A stretch of 58,702 nt of DNA, the filler included, from Sphacelaria rigidula (Eukaryota): assembly GCA_964200075.2 (NCBI GenBank). It is 8 parts of 8 records of this genome, joined end to end, with 100 filler letters (N's around TTAATTAATTAA, not from the genome) between each part and the next. Parts side by side here need not be neighbours in the genome. Positions count along the whole stretch, not along the records: positions 7,352 to 14,602 come from CAXNAA020015768.1; positions 14,703 to 21,952 come from CAXNAA020015769.1; positions 22,053 to 29,302 come from CAXNAA020015770.1; 5 more parts are not named here. The stretch is one strand, 5' to 3'. The position numbers and the translations under genes are program-made. The notes below the pieces were generated by a model. The model worked only from the letters and a program-made list of their open reading frames with translations. It was not told the origin of the DNA and made no database searches. Positions 11,123 through 22,590 of this stretch are shown piece after piece; the stretch's first letter is position 1, and each line of letters starts with the position of its first letter.

Positions 11123-11965
11123 TAAGGAGGGGTACGTGACACGTGACGTGAACGTTACGTTTTGGGCGTCACGTTCACATAACGTTAAATGTTTTCAACG
11201 TGATTAACGCCACGTTCACGTAACGTTAAATTTTACGAACATGACACGCGTCACGTGTCACGTATATTATAGGTGACACGTGAATTATAGGTGACACGTG
11301 ACATGAAGCGTTACATATTACGTTACACGTTACATGTATAAATATATATATATATTTCTTTTTTCCCATCTTTTCATTGTATTTTATTTTATTTGCTTTG
11401 TACTTCCTCTTGTTTTCTTTTTTCTTGTTTTAGGTCGGCCATTTCTTCCTGTGCTTTGCTTGTGTTGACTTTTTATTTCTTTGTCACGAGTTAGTCTGCT
11501 ATGTCGTTCTGTTCGACCCCCTTTTTTTCTGTACCTGCTCTCTTTTTTTCTGTTCCTTTTTTTTTCCCCTTAGAGCGTGTTTCAAAATTCATTGCAGAGT
11601 TGAAGTGTTCACCGCTTCATGTAACGTGTTTATGCCGTATTATTTTCATTTGATTGATTGATTGATTGATTGATTGTCGCACTTTAACTGACTCCTCAGG
11701 GGTCCAGCCGTGGTCTTATGATAGACGTACCCAAGAAAAACGAAACTGAAACGTTACATTTGAACGTGACACGTGTCAATGTCACGTTACATGTTACATT
11801 ACATGTAACGAAACGTCACGTTGAATCTTACGAACGTGATTAACGTCACGTTCACGTAACGTTAAATTTTTCCAAACGTGACACGCGTCACGTGTCACGT
11901 TACGTTAAATTGTACGAGCGTGATTCACGTCACGTTCACGTTCACGTGTCATGTATCCCTCCCTG
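11123..11965. mobile_element. hAT-type non-autonomous DNA transposon with ACGT-rich subterminal repeats
   Basis: Exact 8-bp TSD AAAAATTC (11115-11122 and 11966-11973). Imperfect TIRs TAAGGAGGGGTACGTGACACGTG and CACGTGTCATGTATCCCTCCCTG. Confidence 0.88.
11355..11752. repeat. (CAAT)n-tailed interspersed repeat, family A, nested in the hAT element with its 3' part inverted
   Basis: 11430-11584 matches the copy at about 32920-33050 on the same strand. 11651-11752 matches the 3' end of that copy on the opposite strand. Confidence 0.75.
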
Positions 11966-14900
11966 AAAAATTCGAACCCTCCGCATAGACTGACCTAAAA
12001 AGAACGCTAACTCCGACCCTAACTTCGACGAATGTAGACCGTGAGCGCTCGGACAAACAGGGTTTCCTATCATGGCTCGGTGGTCAAAGGATGCATTGCC
12101 CTTCGGTACCGATTCGAGCAAAAGCGCATTGCGGCGCCGTGGCACAGAATGACCCGTGCAGCCACCGAGAACCGGGTGTCGTGAAAAATCAAGCAAAAAC
12201 CGGTATGAAGATCCGGACCCGGGCTGCTGCTGGCGGTCTTCATTGCATTCACTCAACATTATTACATCGTCAAACGTTATCGCTGACGAATACTGTTGCC
12301 TTGGCTGACATTGCTCTCTCTGGGCGCTGCGGCGTCAGTCGTACTATTTTCACGTTCTCAGGTATTATCGCTGCCAAATGCATTGACTTGGCTGATCTTG
12401 CTCTCGCTGAGCGCAGCGGCGTCGGCCGCAGGTCCCGATGTTTCTGGGCCCTGTGGTGAAACTAGTATCCCAATTTTCTTCACCCAGACACTTTTCCCGT
12501 GTGCATCCATACGATTTGACCTTTCCCCCCGAGATGTACATCGCTACCGTGGGATTTTGTACAGTGCAGTAGTGAGTGACATTAGATCATTGATCGCACG
12601 TGGGGATGTTCTTCTCCGTATCGGAGTTGCACCATTTGGTGTTATAATTGGAGATTGAGCGGGCCAGAGACTCTTTCGCTCCTCCGCTTTTTCCATACCA
12701 GGATTGTAGTGGTCTGGCGAAGTGTGAGGCGTGGCGCGCATTGACAACGATTTATTCAGGTCAACATATCATCCCTATCCCCTGAGCGGGTTTGTCTTGT
12801 GTGCATCCAACGGTTGATTTTTTATGTTCCTCAGGATCATTACAGAATCAATGTCTTCTTTGAGGTCTTCTCATTGACGACTTTCGACCGATAATGAAAA
12901 GTTCTGTGCAGTTGAGTAATTTATTTTTCGTGGGATCTCCTCGCCGACAATGTTTAATGGATAATTATCACCATTGTTTTGTGCAGTTTCATCATGACTC
13001 ATAAACAATCCCAACGGTTAAGTCGCGTATGCCATCACCAGCTTACACACAAGGGCTCATCCTCCTCCTAGAATTCCGTTTCCCTCCCTACATTTCTAAA
13101 CTACCTCCACATCACATCGTCAGCTCCGAACACTCCACATTTTCCTTCGCCTTGGAATCGCTCAAGTTTGGCGATGGCGCGAAGCGCCAAAAACGTTGCA
13201 GCAGTTATATTGTTCATCCTTTTTTTCTGAGAATGAAGGAGGACAAGTACCTGGGTTGCTGACAGGCCAGCATTACATCTCTCGACTGCCAACAGGCCAT
13301 CATTTTGTCCTTACCTCGCTTTAGAGTGCGTTATGTTTTACTCGGGTTGAGACTACATTCGCTAGTCAGAGTTTCCTGGCTGGAGCACATGAGGCGCTTA
13401 GTTGAACAATGGTTGATCTTGCAAGATTGTCGAACGCGTACGTAATGGGCTTAGGGGCCGCGCTGTCTACTGTTGCCGTCTGCGTTGCGTTGGGATGCGT
13501 TGCTTCATCTATTTGCTTGTCTCCGTTCCTCTGGCAACCAGCCGTAGCATTGAGGTGTGCCACCGTGTCACTGTATGCCGATATCTGTGACCTCGCTATC
13601 TACGAGCAGTCTTACGAATCATCATAAATATTTGAAGGATTCACTCTCCCTCACCGTTCTTTCCTGGAATTGCTGCTCTCGTGCCCTTGCTTCTCTCTTG
13701 GCTTTTTTACCGTCCATGCTCTTCTTTCTGTGCTCAGCCCGCTGCGCTCACAACAGGGATAGAAAAACCCAAAATATTCCAAGCGGCAAAAAAGCAGCAT
13801 TGCGTATTTTCATCGCTAATATTGGACGAAATAGGCGAAAATTTACCAAGTCACTTCAAGGGTGCAACAAACAGAAAAAACAAGACATGTGGTGCAAAGA
13901 ATGAACAAAGGGAAATAATGTAAAACTAAATTATGCTACGAAGTTATGCTCAGAAAAATGGAATCCAGTACGTAGGGGGTTCCATCCTAGTGTAGACATG
14001 CGTGGTGGCTGCGAGTTTGCTTGATCAGGCTCAATGAAGTGGTGCAACTTTATAACTAACTAGTTTCACCTCCAGTTGACCAGTTAGTTTCCCCGCTACA
14101 TGTATCATACTTCAAAGCGCTCTTAGTAGGTGATGGTCATGTTGTAGTCGATACTTCTGATGCATCTAGGTGGTCAGTGGAAAACCTCGTGTGTCCGCTT
14201 GGCCAGAAATGGCAACGTGCGGTATGCACAGGTTGGCAACGCCACAACGCGCGTTGTGCAGAAGTTGGCGATGTAGGTCGACCACAGTTTGTTCGAGGTC
14301 GGCGAAGTTTTTCGGATGAGGTTAATAACATTTTGATCCGTGGGCCTCCAGGGTGGGCCATCTGTTGCATCGGCACCACCTTCACTCGAGTAGTGAACGC
14401 GAGACCCTGCCCTGGTTGCGCACCCTAGCGGTCAATGGGTTAACTGTTAACTGTGTTTCTTGCCGCCACATGATTGTAATGATGCACGTCAAACCTGGAA
14501 AACTATATTTCAAGCGCTCTGAACACATTTTTTTTTTCCCGCACACTTTTAACCCCTCCCCTTCCTCGGGATGAGTCCGTGGTCTCAAGGGATCAATCCA
14601 TCNNNNNNNNNNNNNNNNNNNNNNNNNNNNNNNNNNNNNNNNNNNNTTAATTAATTAANNNNNNNNNNNNNNNNNNNNNNNNNNNNNNNNNNNNNNNNNN
14701 NNTTTATCTCTTCCAGTGTCTGGCGTGAGGATGGCGGGCGGTGCCGTGGGTTGTTAGCTGAGGGGGGCGTTGGGGGGGGGGGATTTTGGGCTGTTTTCTT
14801 CCACTTCACTCGTCGTCGGAAGCAGCTAACGGTTGTTCGAACGCGCTTGGTCCTGATAAAAAACGCTCATCCATACTGCTGGACACCGCTTTTACCCAAA

Positions 14901-15670
14901 TACAAGCGCACCGCGAGTGTTTTAGGTCGCTTGACGCACGCATGAGCCCATTTTTGTGTGGAATCGAACACTCCCGCCCCGCCCCCGCCCCTCCTATCGA
15001 AGGATGGCTCAGAACCACTCACCGCGTAACCAAGACGTGCACGAGTATCCGCGGTATCGCTGCTACCCATGCAAACAACTCAACTAATTCTAACCCCACC
15101 GCCCTCCAAATACGGCTCACGCTCAATCGCAAAACGTTTGCAGGGCAACACGTTCCCTCGACGCTTTTCCTCGAACTCAGCCGTCATATACTGTACGTGA
15201 AAATCAGTTGACTGAGTTTGTTTGACGCGAGTTGATGCCGTGCGGGAGTGCTGACCCGATCCGCGAGACCAAATTGCGAGGCTTGTACCCAGGAGAGATG
15301 GGTTGATCCCTTGAGACACACCACGGACTCGTCCCGAGGGAGGAGAGGGATTCAAAGTGTGTAAAAAAGAACCGTCGAAACGCTGTATACCCGCCATACT
15401 CGGCGCGGTCGCGATAACCCGCCGCCACAGCAGTGTGAGAAGTACTGCCGCTGCCACCCGTCGCGTTCGTGTCAATGTTGGCATCGCTATGCTCGCTGTC
15501 CATCTCGGCTTCCGCTGATGGGAAATATAACCCGGTGTTGGCGATTGCAGACACCTCAGCTAGGGGCCGTTGAAACGGTATATCATGTAATCGCCGCTGT
15601 TTCTACCGGGACACAAAACACGATGGCGACGCACCGGCGGCGCAAAGCCTCGACACCGCTTGATGCGCAA

Positions 15671-16522
15671 CTACCGTTGATAGTGGTAATTATGGTGGTA
15701 TTGGTACAAGCGTCTGCCTTGCCCGTGTGACAGCGATCCGCACCTGCCCACACGTATGCGCGAAAAAATCACGGCCGGTGGAGCGGCGGGTTCCGACACG
15801 GCGATGCTGTTCCGTCTCGGACCATCCGCGCCGCGGTGGAAGTTGCGCGGCGTGTCCACCGCGATGGGTACATGTGCGGTGGAGACCGTTCGCTGAAACG
15901 GTCTCTGGGAGTGCTCCCCGGGGTAGGTGCGGTAGGAAGAGAAGGTTGTGCTGTCGCGGCTGCGGGGCTGAGGTATTCCCACTGCCACCCCCGTCGAGGG
16001 CACCGCCGGTCGCGAATCAATTTTGGGGTGTAGTCTCGACGACGAACGCGACGATGGTGCTAAATGATCCTTCCCGAGGCCGGCCAGAATCTCGACCTCG
16101 GCCCCGCAGTCTCTCACCACTTCCTCGGCCACGGTTGCCGCCCCCGCCGGACGGTTATCATAATGCCTGTTCTTCCAGTTCTCCGGCGATGAAGACCGGT
16201 TCGCGGAATGACCTGGCGAGTGGTCTACAAAACTGTTGCTCTTGGCGGAAGAAGGGTTGGCGGGGGTTCTCTCCTCGTCGCTGCTCGAGGCCGAGCGGTT
16301 CTCCGTCTCGGCAGTGCCCACAGAAAAGGAACGCGGCGAGGAGTGTGGGTTGTTACGCTCCCGCAGCGTATGAAAACCCTCGAGCCCAAGCCGCCCTGCG
16401 GCAGTCGGGGTCTGCTCCTTGTTGACCCTGAGCGCGTGACTCATCTCACCGTACTTCTTCCTTGCGGGGTCGAGGGTGCTCCTGGGATTCCGTGCCAAAA
16501 CATTTGAGCAAGACGCCAGCAT
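15671..16522 (-). CDS. Probable exon of a low-complexity hypothetical protein, perhaps the same gene as 17305-19293
   Basis: 283-codon GC-rich ORF, Ser/Pro/Arg-rich. Exon boundaries not resolved. Confidence 0.4.
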   Translation of the reverse strand: MLASCSNVLARNPRSTLDPARKKYGEMSHALRVNKEQTPTAAGRLGLEGFHTLRERNNPHSSPRSFSVGTAETENRSASSSDEERTPANPSSAKSNSFVDHSPGHSANRSSSPENWKNRHYDNRPAGAATVAEEVVRDCGAEVEILAGLGKDHLAPSSRSSSRLHPKIDSRPAVPSTGVAVGIPQPRSRDSTTFSSYRTYPGEHSQRPFQRTVSTAHVPIAVDTPRNFHRGADGPRRNSIAVSEPAAPPAVIFSRIRVGRCGSLSHGQGRRLYQYHHNYHYQR

Positions 16523-17304
16523 GTGAAAGGATTGGTGGGTGTTAGAATGGTGTTCGTCGAAGGTGAAGAACAGTTACATCTAAGGTTTGAAGATTTTAGG
16601 TGACGCCTGAAACGGGTGCCGACTTGGTACTTCTGCTATTCTTCGCCCCCGCTTACTTCACGGGACACGCGTCTCAATGAATCGCTGCACGGCATAATGT
16701 ATCATCTCTTGCAGGATTGACACGTCGCAAGGTACAAAAGCCAAACACCGACCTGTCTGACGATGATTCCCGCTTGTTTTTTGGCGACTCCTTCTCTCGC
16801 TGGTCGCACACCGGCATTGGATCGCATTGGTGGCGGCGGAGGGAACGTGGGTCCTGATCACGCGTCGAGTCTCTTCCGACCTGTCGGTCATCATCGGCAG
16901 AAACCCCGGTTTCTCCTTTCTCCACCGCAACCGTCTGGTGAATGAAACAGAGATGGGGAGGGGGGGAGAGGACAGCAGCAGCGGCACCGTTTGAGATTGA
17001 ACATGCTCATGACGTCAAAGAGTGTGTGTCATATGTAGAAATGCGCAACAAGGGAAAATCATAAACATGCGTGAATCGAGAGCTTCAGAGATGGGCGGTG
17101 ACGCCAGCAGCCGTGGTAACACCTGCGTTTGACAACAGTAGCAACCTGCGTGGCTCCACCTCCTGAAGTACGGCGTACGGACAAGATCACCTATGCAGTA
17201 ATAGTCAGATGCTCAATTGTATACTTGAGGCAAACAGAAATTTCGAACAACCACGCGGGTCTCTGTTCCAAAGGAAGGGCCATGCCCACATATGCCCTAT
17301 CCAC

Positions 17305-19293
17305 TCATACCCTCCTCTCCCCACGCCATACCTGCGCAGATATTTTGTTCTCGGTAGACTTGGAACCGCTCGCCGGCGAATCATGGCGGCGTTTCTTGAG
17401 CGGACGTGCGCGGTCTTCGCTGAAGCTTCGCCTCCGCGTGCACGTTTCCGTCGCCTCTGTCGCCTGTTGTGGCTCACACACGCCGGGAATGATTTGAGAA
17501 ATCGAAGGAAGTGACCTGCTACCGCGGGACGGCGTCTGAAGGCGTGGACACGCCTCGGTCGAGGGTTCCTTGGTCTTGGGCTTCTTCGGAGACACAGACG
17601 GGGTCTCGGCGTCGGCCATCACAGACCTGTCGGCTACCCTGTGCGATCTGTCAGAGTTGCAAGGAAACATGGACGCTGAGCGACCGACGCCAGTTGCTTG
17701 GATTTTGTGTGAGGAGGGAGAGGTGAAGGTTTCTCTGCCACCCCCGCCGACGCAAACGTCGCATTCGCCGCAGCCACCGCAGCCGCCACCATGGCCCGAC
17801 TTCTCCATGGCTGCAAGGCGCATGTAGCCTAGGGAAAGCAGCGTGCTATTTCCTGAACCCGGGGCCCCAGGGGCGGGGGCACAGCTATCCCTCCCGGCAC
17901 GTGCGCTGGAAGCACTGGGTGTCGAGCTCATATTCAACGGACCCCGTCTGTCTGGCTGTCGCACGAATCTCGGTTCGCGCTTCACGGCGGATTGTGAAGC
18001 GTCACGATGCCCGCTGCTGCTGCTGCTGCCGCCGCAGCCTCCTCCATTCCTAGGGTCACCACGATCGTTCCGGCAATCACCTCCATCATGCAGATGGCGG
18101 ATTTTCATCGGCAAGTGATCGGCTCGAGGGAGGCGGGCACCAGCAGCGACAGAAACACTCCCGGTGCGGGTCGCTTCCCCAAAGCGGTTACCAGCGGCCT
18201 GCTCAACAGCGTCACCTCTGGCGACACGCTTCCACCCACCTGTGGCTACGGCGAAGTCATCAGAACTCCACGACCATCCGCTGCGGGGCGGACCTTGTCC
18301 CACCCACATGCTGCCATCAGCTCTTCTGCGCGAGGGATCATGACGCTGCCACGGCGTGTGTGCACCAGCGGCCTCTGGGATCTCCGAGAGTCGCCCCATT
18401 GCAGCATCTGTGACGCGCATGTGCACGTCTCCCGGCATGAACTCCTGTCGCCTGGGATTTTGTTTCAAGCCCATCATGCCAAGTGAAGGGCCATACCCCT
18501 CGCGTATCCTTCCACTACTCGGTCGCCACATGGACTCACAACCCGAGCGTCGATGCTCGGACAGCGTATCTGCGCCGCGGCTGCCGCTGCCACAGCCGAC
18601 ACCAACCCGCCCGCCCCCCGCCTGCGGCGTTTTTTCTCCTCCAGTTGGTCGGCAGCTGAACGCCACCTTTGCTGATGGCATGCACGAAGCATCAACAGGA
18701 ATCCTGTGAACGTCATGGTCGTCTGAGGTGGTGGAGAAGGATGCCGACGAAACCAAGGAGCGTTGCGCAAAGGAGTGGCAGCGATAGGCAGCGTTGGTCG
18801 GGGACGGTCGCGGTGGAAAACAAGAGTGCGACCAAGATCGAGCAAACGCGCCGGCGTACTCATCGCCAACATGACGATGCTTCGACATCACACGGGGCAT
18901 GTCATTGACCTTGTGGCCGTTGGTGTCATTGTTGCTTTTGCCGCCGCCCCTGCTGCTGCCGCTGCTGCTGTTGCTGGCATTGCCATTGGTTCTGGAGTCT
19001 TTCCGGCTGCTCCGGATGTGCAGCTTGCCCGGCCCAACGCTGTCGTCGTGGTGCATACCCAGAGCTTCAACCTCGTCCTCGGTCAGCATTGAGGCTTCAA
19101 AGCGCGTCTTGTTGCGCAAGCCCCGCCCGATGATGCAGTCGAAGAACGGCGTCCGCTCAAACTTGTTGAACGATTTGCGGTCGAATTTGTTGACCGACGG
19201 CCGGATGAGAACGTTGGCCTCCTCCCACGTGCTCTCGTAGAAAGCCTTGCGCGCTAGAGAAGGGCTCTGCAGAATTTGGGCAGTAAAGTCCAT
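17305..19293 (-). CDS. Large exon of a hypothetical protein: ordered N-terminal segment followed by a Gly/Ser/Arg-rich, probably disordered tail
   Basis: About 2 kb without a stop. Acceptor-like TTTTCAG just upstream (AG at 19298-19299), then MDFTAQILQSPSLARKAFYESTW... No recognised domain. Confidence 0.7.
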   Translation of the reverse strand: MDFTAQILQSPSLARKAFYESTWEEANVLIRPSVNKFDRKSFNKFERTPFFDCIIGRGLRNKTRFEASMLTEDEVEALGMHHDDSVGPGKLHIRSSRKDSRTNGNASNSSSGSSRGGGKSNNDTNGHKVNDMPRVMSKHRHVGDEYAGAFARSWSHSCFPPRPSPTNAAYRCHSFAQRSLVSSASFSTTSDDHDVHRIPVDASCMPSAKVAFSCRPTGGEKTPQAGGGRVGVGCGSGSRGADTLSEHRRSGCESMWRPSSGRIREGYGPSLGMMGLKQNPRRQEFMPGDVHMRVTDAAMGRLSEIPEAAGAHTPWQRHDPSRRRADGSMWVGQGPPRSGWSWSSDDFAVATGGWKRVARGDAVEQAAGNRFGEATRTGSVSVAAGARLPRADHLPMKIRHLHDGGDCRNDRGDPRNGGGCGGSSSSSGHRDASQSAVKREPRFVRQPDRRGPLNMSSTPSASSARAGRDSCAPAPGAPGSGNSTLLSLGYMRLAAMEKSGHGGGCGGCGECDVCVGGGGRETFTSPSSHKIQATGVGRSASMFPCNSDRSHRVADRSVMADAETPSVSPKKPKTKEPSTEACPRLQTPSRGSRSLPSISQIIPGVCEPQQATEATETCTRRRSFSEDRARPLKKRRHDSPASGSKSTENKISAQVWRGERRV

Positions 19294-20325
19294 TCTCCTG
19301 AAAAGAGCTGGGTGTGTAGTAACCAGCCATCTGTAGCTGTTCAACCGTGCAGGGCGGTGGTGAGGGCAAGGCACGGGGGACGAGGGGCGTGCGGTTTTAA
19401 AGTGCAAACTTCGCACCGTGCGTGAAGGTAGCTGTGCACACATACGTAAAGCCATATGTAGTGACGGATGACAATACACCACCGCACTATACAAGGGTAC
19501 TATCGCCCAACGCATCGGATCCGGTAAACGTGTAAACGTCACGTTTGCACGTAACATCAAACACCGTAATGATCCTGTTACGCATGAAGCCTACATACGT
19601 CACGGCCCTGTTCCCCACAGGCCGCGCGCAGGACTGAAAACAAATAGGCAGGTCATTTGTTCCCGAGTGTAAACGACCGGCCGGAATAATGGTACCCGGA
19701 ATCAGATACTCATACTGGACGACCCGGGCGCCAAGTACTTTTCGCACTACACCTTCACAGATGATATTCATTATATTGCATGATGGTTTCGTTTTAGAAA
19801 AAATACTCTGTGGCAAAAAACTCCAAACTCACAGGCAACGGATTGCGGTCACAGAAATACAGCTGATCACAATCAAACCTTATCATTTGAATCGCCGGCG
19901 AATACGATGATACTGCTATTTTTTTGTCTAGCTTCTTGATGCTAGATGAGATGAGCGATAGCCCATTGTGCTATGCTTCCTTTGTATTTATTTGCTGATT
20001 TACTTTAAAGTGCTTTCGACCCCCCATCTCCTCCTCAGGAGGGGTCAGTTTCGAACAGAGGCTACAAAACTGGAGCCGCGTCCTTGCTTGCGCTTCAGTA
20101 TAGCACATACCCGCATACACACACCCACGACCACGACCACGCGCCTTCGCAATACATTCAAAGTTGGGTCGGCCAACAAGGCAGGGGATACGCCAATATC
20201 GCCACGCGTCGTTCACAACTTTTGAGTTGGGACCCGAAATTTGACACGTGGTTTGTAAGATACTCGAGAAAACTCGCTGTAGTATTTTGTGTTTCATGTT
20301 TCCCGTGTATACATCGTCGCATGTG

Positions 20326-20678
20326 TTACCATCTCATCTATCGTGGGCGCCAGTCTACACCTACCTCTCGGTATATGTGGGTGCATCAGCCGCGGTCACA
20401 CAGAGAGGCCAACACAGTAAGATTTTTCTTTTTTCTTTTTTCACTTCTCCATCTTCCATCTGCGGTGCTTGCCTCATTTTTTTATCGGGAGGGGGCGGGG
20501 GTCAGCGGTCCCCTTCCCTCGTCGACCGTGAAGTCGAATTTGTGTAACCACGACATGATCGCTCTCCACCGTTGGACATGGTGTGATGAAAAATCCCAGA
20601 TCGCGTGACTTCACCGAGATTTGAACCCACGCTCTAACGACCAGGCGGTTTCGAGGTTACCAACTGAGCCACCGGGGC
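20326..20678 (-). mobile_element. tRNA-derived SINE, apparently full length
   Basis: Minus-strand head GCCCCGGTGGCTCAGTTGGTAA (A box) ...GGTTCAAATC (B box), followed by a body shared with 41935-42240 and 51290-51352. Confidence 0.85.
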
Positions 20679-21073
20679 TAACGGTATATATCAAGACAAG
20701 AAAAAGTTCGAGAACTTGCTTGGTTGGTGAGAAATATACTGTGCGATGGCAAAAGTGCGGCTGACAAAAACCACAACGCGTTCCCGAATCTCTCTATTTC
20801 AGTTCCCATGCATCAACCACCGTTGTTTGGGGACATCAGTATCATGGCATTTTCCTCACTTTTCCCCCCAACGATTGGAATTTCTGCCGACTTTCACCCG
20901 AAAAAACGCCGACACTAAATATTCGGAGAAATCTGAAGTCGTTCTTGAAATAAACCATTGCCTGAATGTTCAAGAAGCCTGCTCTGAAGTTTTGGAGAGA
21001 GCAGAAATTGTCCGAAGATCTCGGACAATTTCGGCGGGGGGGGGGGTGGGGGGTGGACCAGTTGATAATAACA

Positions 21074-21251
21074 TTCCACACCCCGGACAATATATGGTCA
21101 AAAGATGCAATGGACGAGAAGTGCACCGCATAAAGTATAGGCCTATAGCAACAATTGCCGGCCGACAATAGACGCAATAGGACTATACTTTATGCAGTAC
21201 ATTTCTTGTCTGTTGCAACTATTGGCCATATATTTTGTCCAAGGTGTGTAA
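21074..21251. repeat. About 180-bp imperfect hairpin (small MITE or miRNA-precursor-like)
   Basis: Arms 21074-21149 and 21174-21251, for example GCATAAAGTATAG paired with CTATACTTTATGC. Confidence 0.8.
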
Positions 21252-22052
21252 CATTTCCCCGTCAGTATTTGATGTCGGGCCAGCTGTTCCGCGTGCTTTA
21301 TCACAAAATATATTTTTTCCACGATGCAGGTTGAATGTTCGATCGGAACGGTCCCATAGTGTGGCCATAAGATGTAGATAAGGCCACGTTCGATGTGTCG
21401 GGGGGAAAACGTGTCGAACAGATACTTTCTACGAGAAAAGCCACTCCCAGAACCAGCCCAAAACTGTAACGAAGATGGCCATACAACGCCGGATGTTCGA
21501 TTTCAGGCTGCATGAAGCGCCTCATCTATGCAGGCGAAATCGGCGAAAACGCCCCCCAGCGTGGGAATTACCAGCTGCTCGTTGTGCTCGGCTTTTCTCA
21601 TTTCGATTCACGGGTAGGTGTTGCATCTCCAAACCAACAAAAAAAAAAAATGGGGGGGGTGGGGCTATCGTCGAAAGTGTCAGAACTGCTTTCAACAGGC
21701 GATTATCGAAATTGAGGGTGAAGCTTTTTATTGAGGATGAGAACCCGGAGGATTAAATCTTCGTATCTACACCGAATCTTGTAATATGGCTCCATTCCTT
21801 CACCTACTGGCAGCTATTGACGAGTACTCCACGTCATACAAATTTGGATTTCGATAACCGAAATGTTGGGGTCCTCTATGAACAAAACAACAAATTGTGC
21901 GAATTGAGGCTTAACTCCGAGATGAGGTTCAAGCCTAAAACAGTGCTTTCCCNNNNNNNNNNNNNNNNNNNNNNNNNNNNNNNNNNNNNNNNNNNNTTAA
22001 TTAATTAANNNNNNNNNNNNNNNNNNNNNNNNNNNNNNNNNNNNNNNNNNNN

Positions 22053-22590
22053 TGAGGACGATGGCATGCATCATCATGAGTACACCCCCCCCCCCCCCCA
22101 GGGTTTACGGTAACCATGATGATGGTCGAGCTGAATCATGTTGTGCAAAGGAGATGATCGTACCACGTAGTGTTTAAATGATGAGACACCCATGAGGCAA
22201 TGTATCAGCCGTGACTGTCTCTGAAAGTGGCAATACCAGAAAATTAAGCAACTTATTGTAAGCTGTCATCCAAACGCGAGATAATCAGTACGCTTCGAGC
22301 CGAATAATCTTAGCAGGATGCAGCTCACCCTTCATGCAAATCGCCGAGCAAACCACGGCACTTCGCGCTTGGTGATTGATTGCGAGCCTGTTCCGGCAAA
22401 AGCCCGGCGTGCTCCGTTCCGCTTTGTTCGTCGGGATGCGAGGTCTATGGTCTTATGACTATGGCATGCATGATAATGAGTACCCCCCCTCTCCCCCAGG
22501 CTGGTGCCTCATCCCGGCTTTGTAGGGATACAAGGGCAATGGTCATATGACTACGGCGTGTAAGATCATGAATAAACCCCCCAGGCTGGT
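22053..22590 (+). repeat. Interspersed repeat built from poly-C-terminated modules
   Basis: Module ...ATGGTC(T/A)TATGACTA(T/C)GGCATGCATGATCATGAGTA-Cn occurs about three times here. Reverse copies at 29228-29302 and 44103-44430. Confidence 0.8.

Noticed and set aside
12760-14450. Degenerate coding-like sequence on the minus strand
   Set aside because: Stops in all frames and no motif I can name. It may be a decayed transposon but this is unsupported.
14530-15365. Apparent inverted repeat pair (14540-14602 versus 15298-15365)
   Set aside because: The halves lie on different contigs, so they are two copies of a dispersed repeat rather than one TIR element.
20605-20678. tRNA gene on the minus strand
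   Set aside because: A and B boxes are present but there is no convincing acceptor or anticodon stem, and it continues into a multi-copy body, so it is a SINE head.
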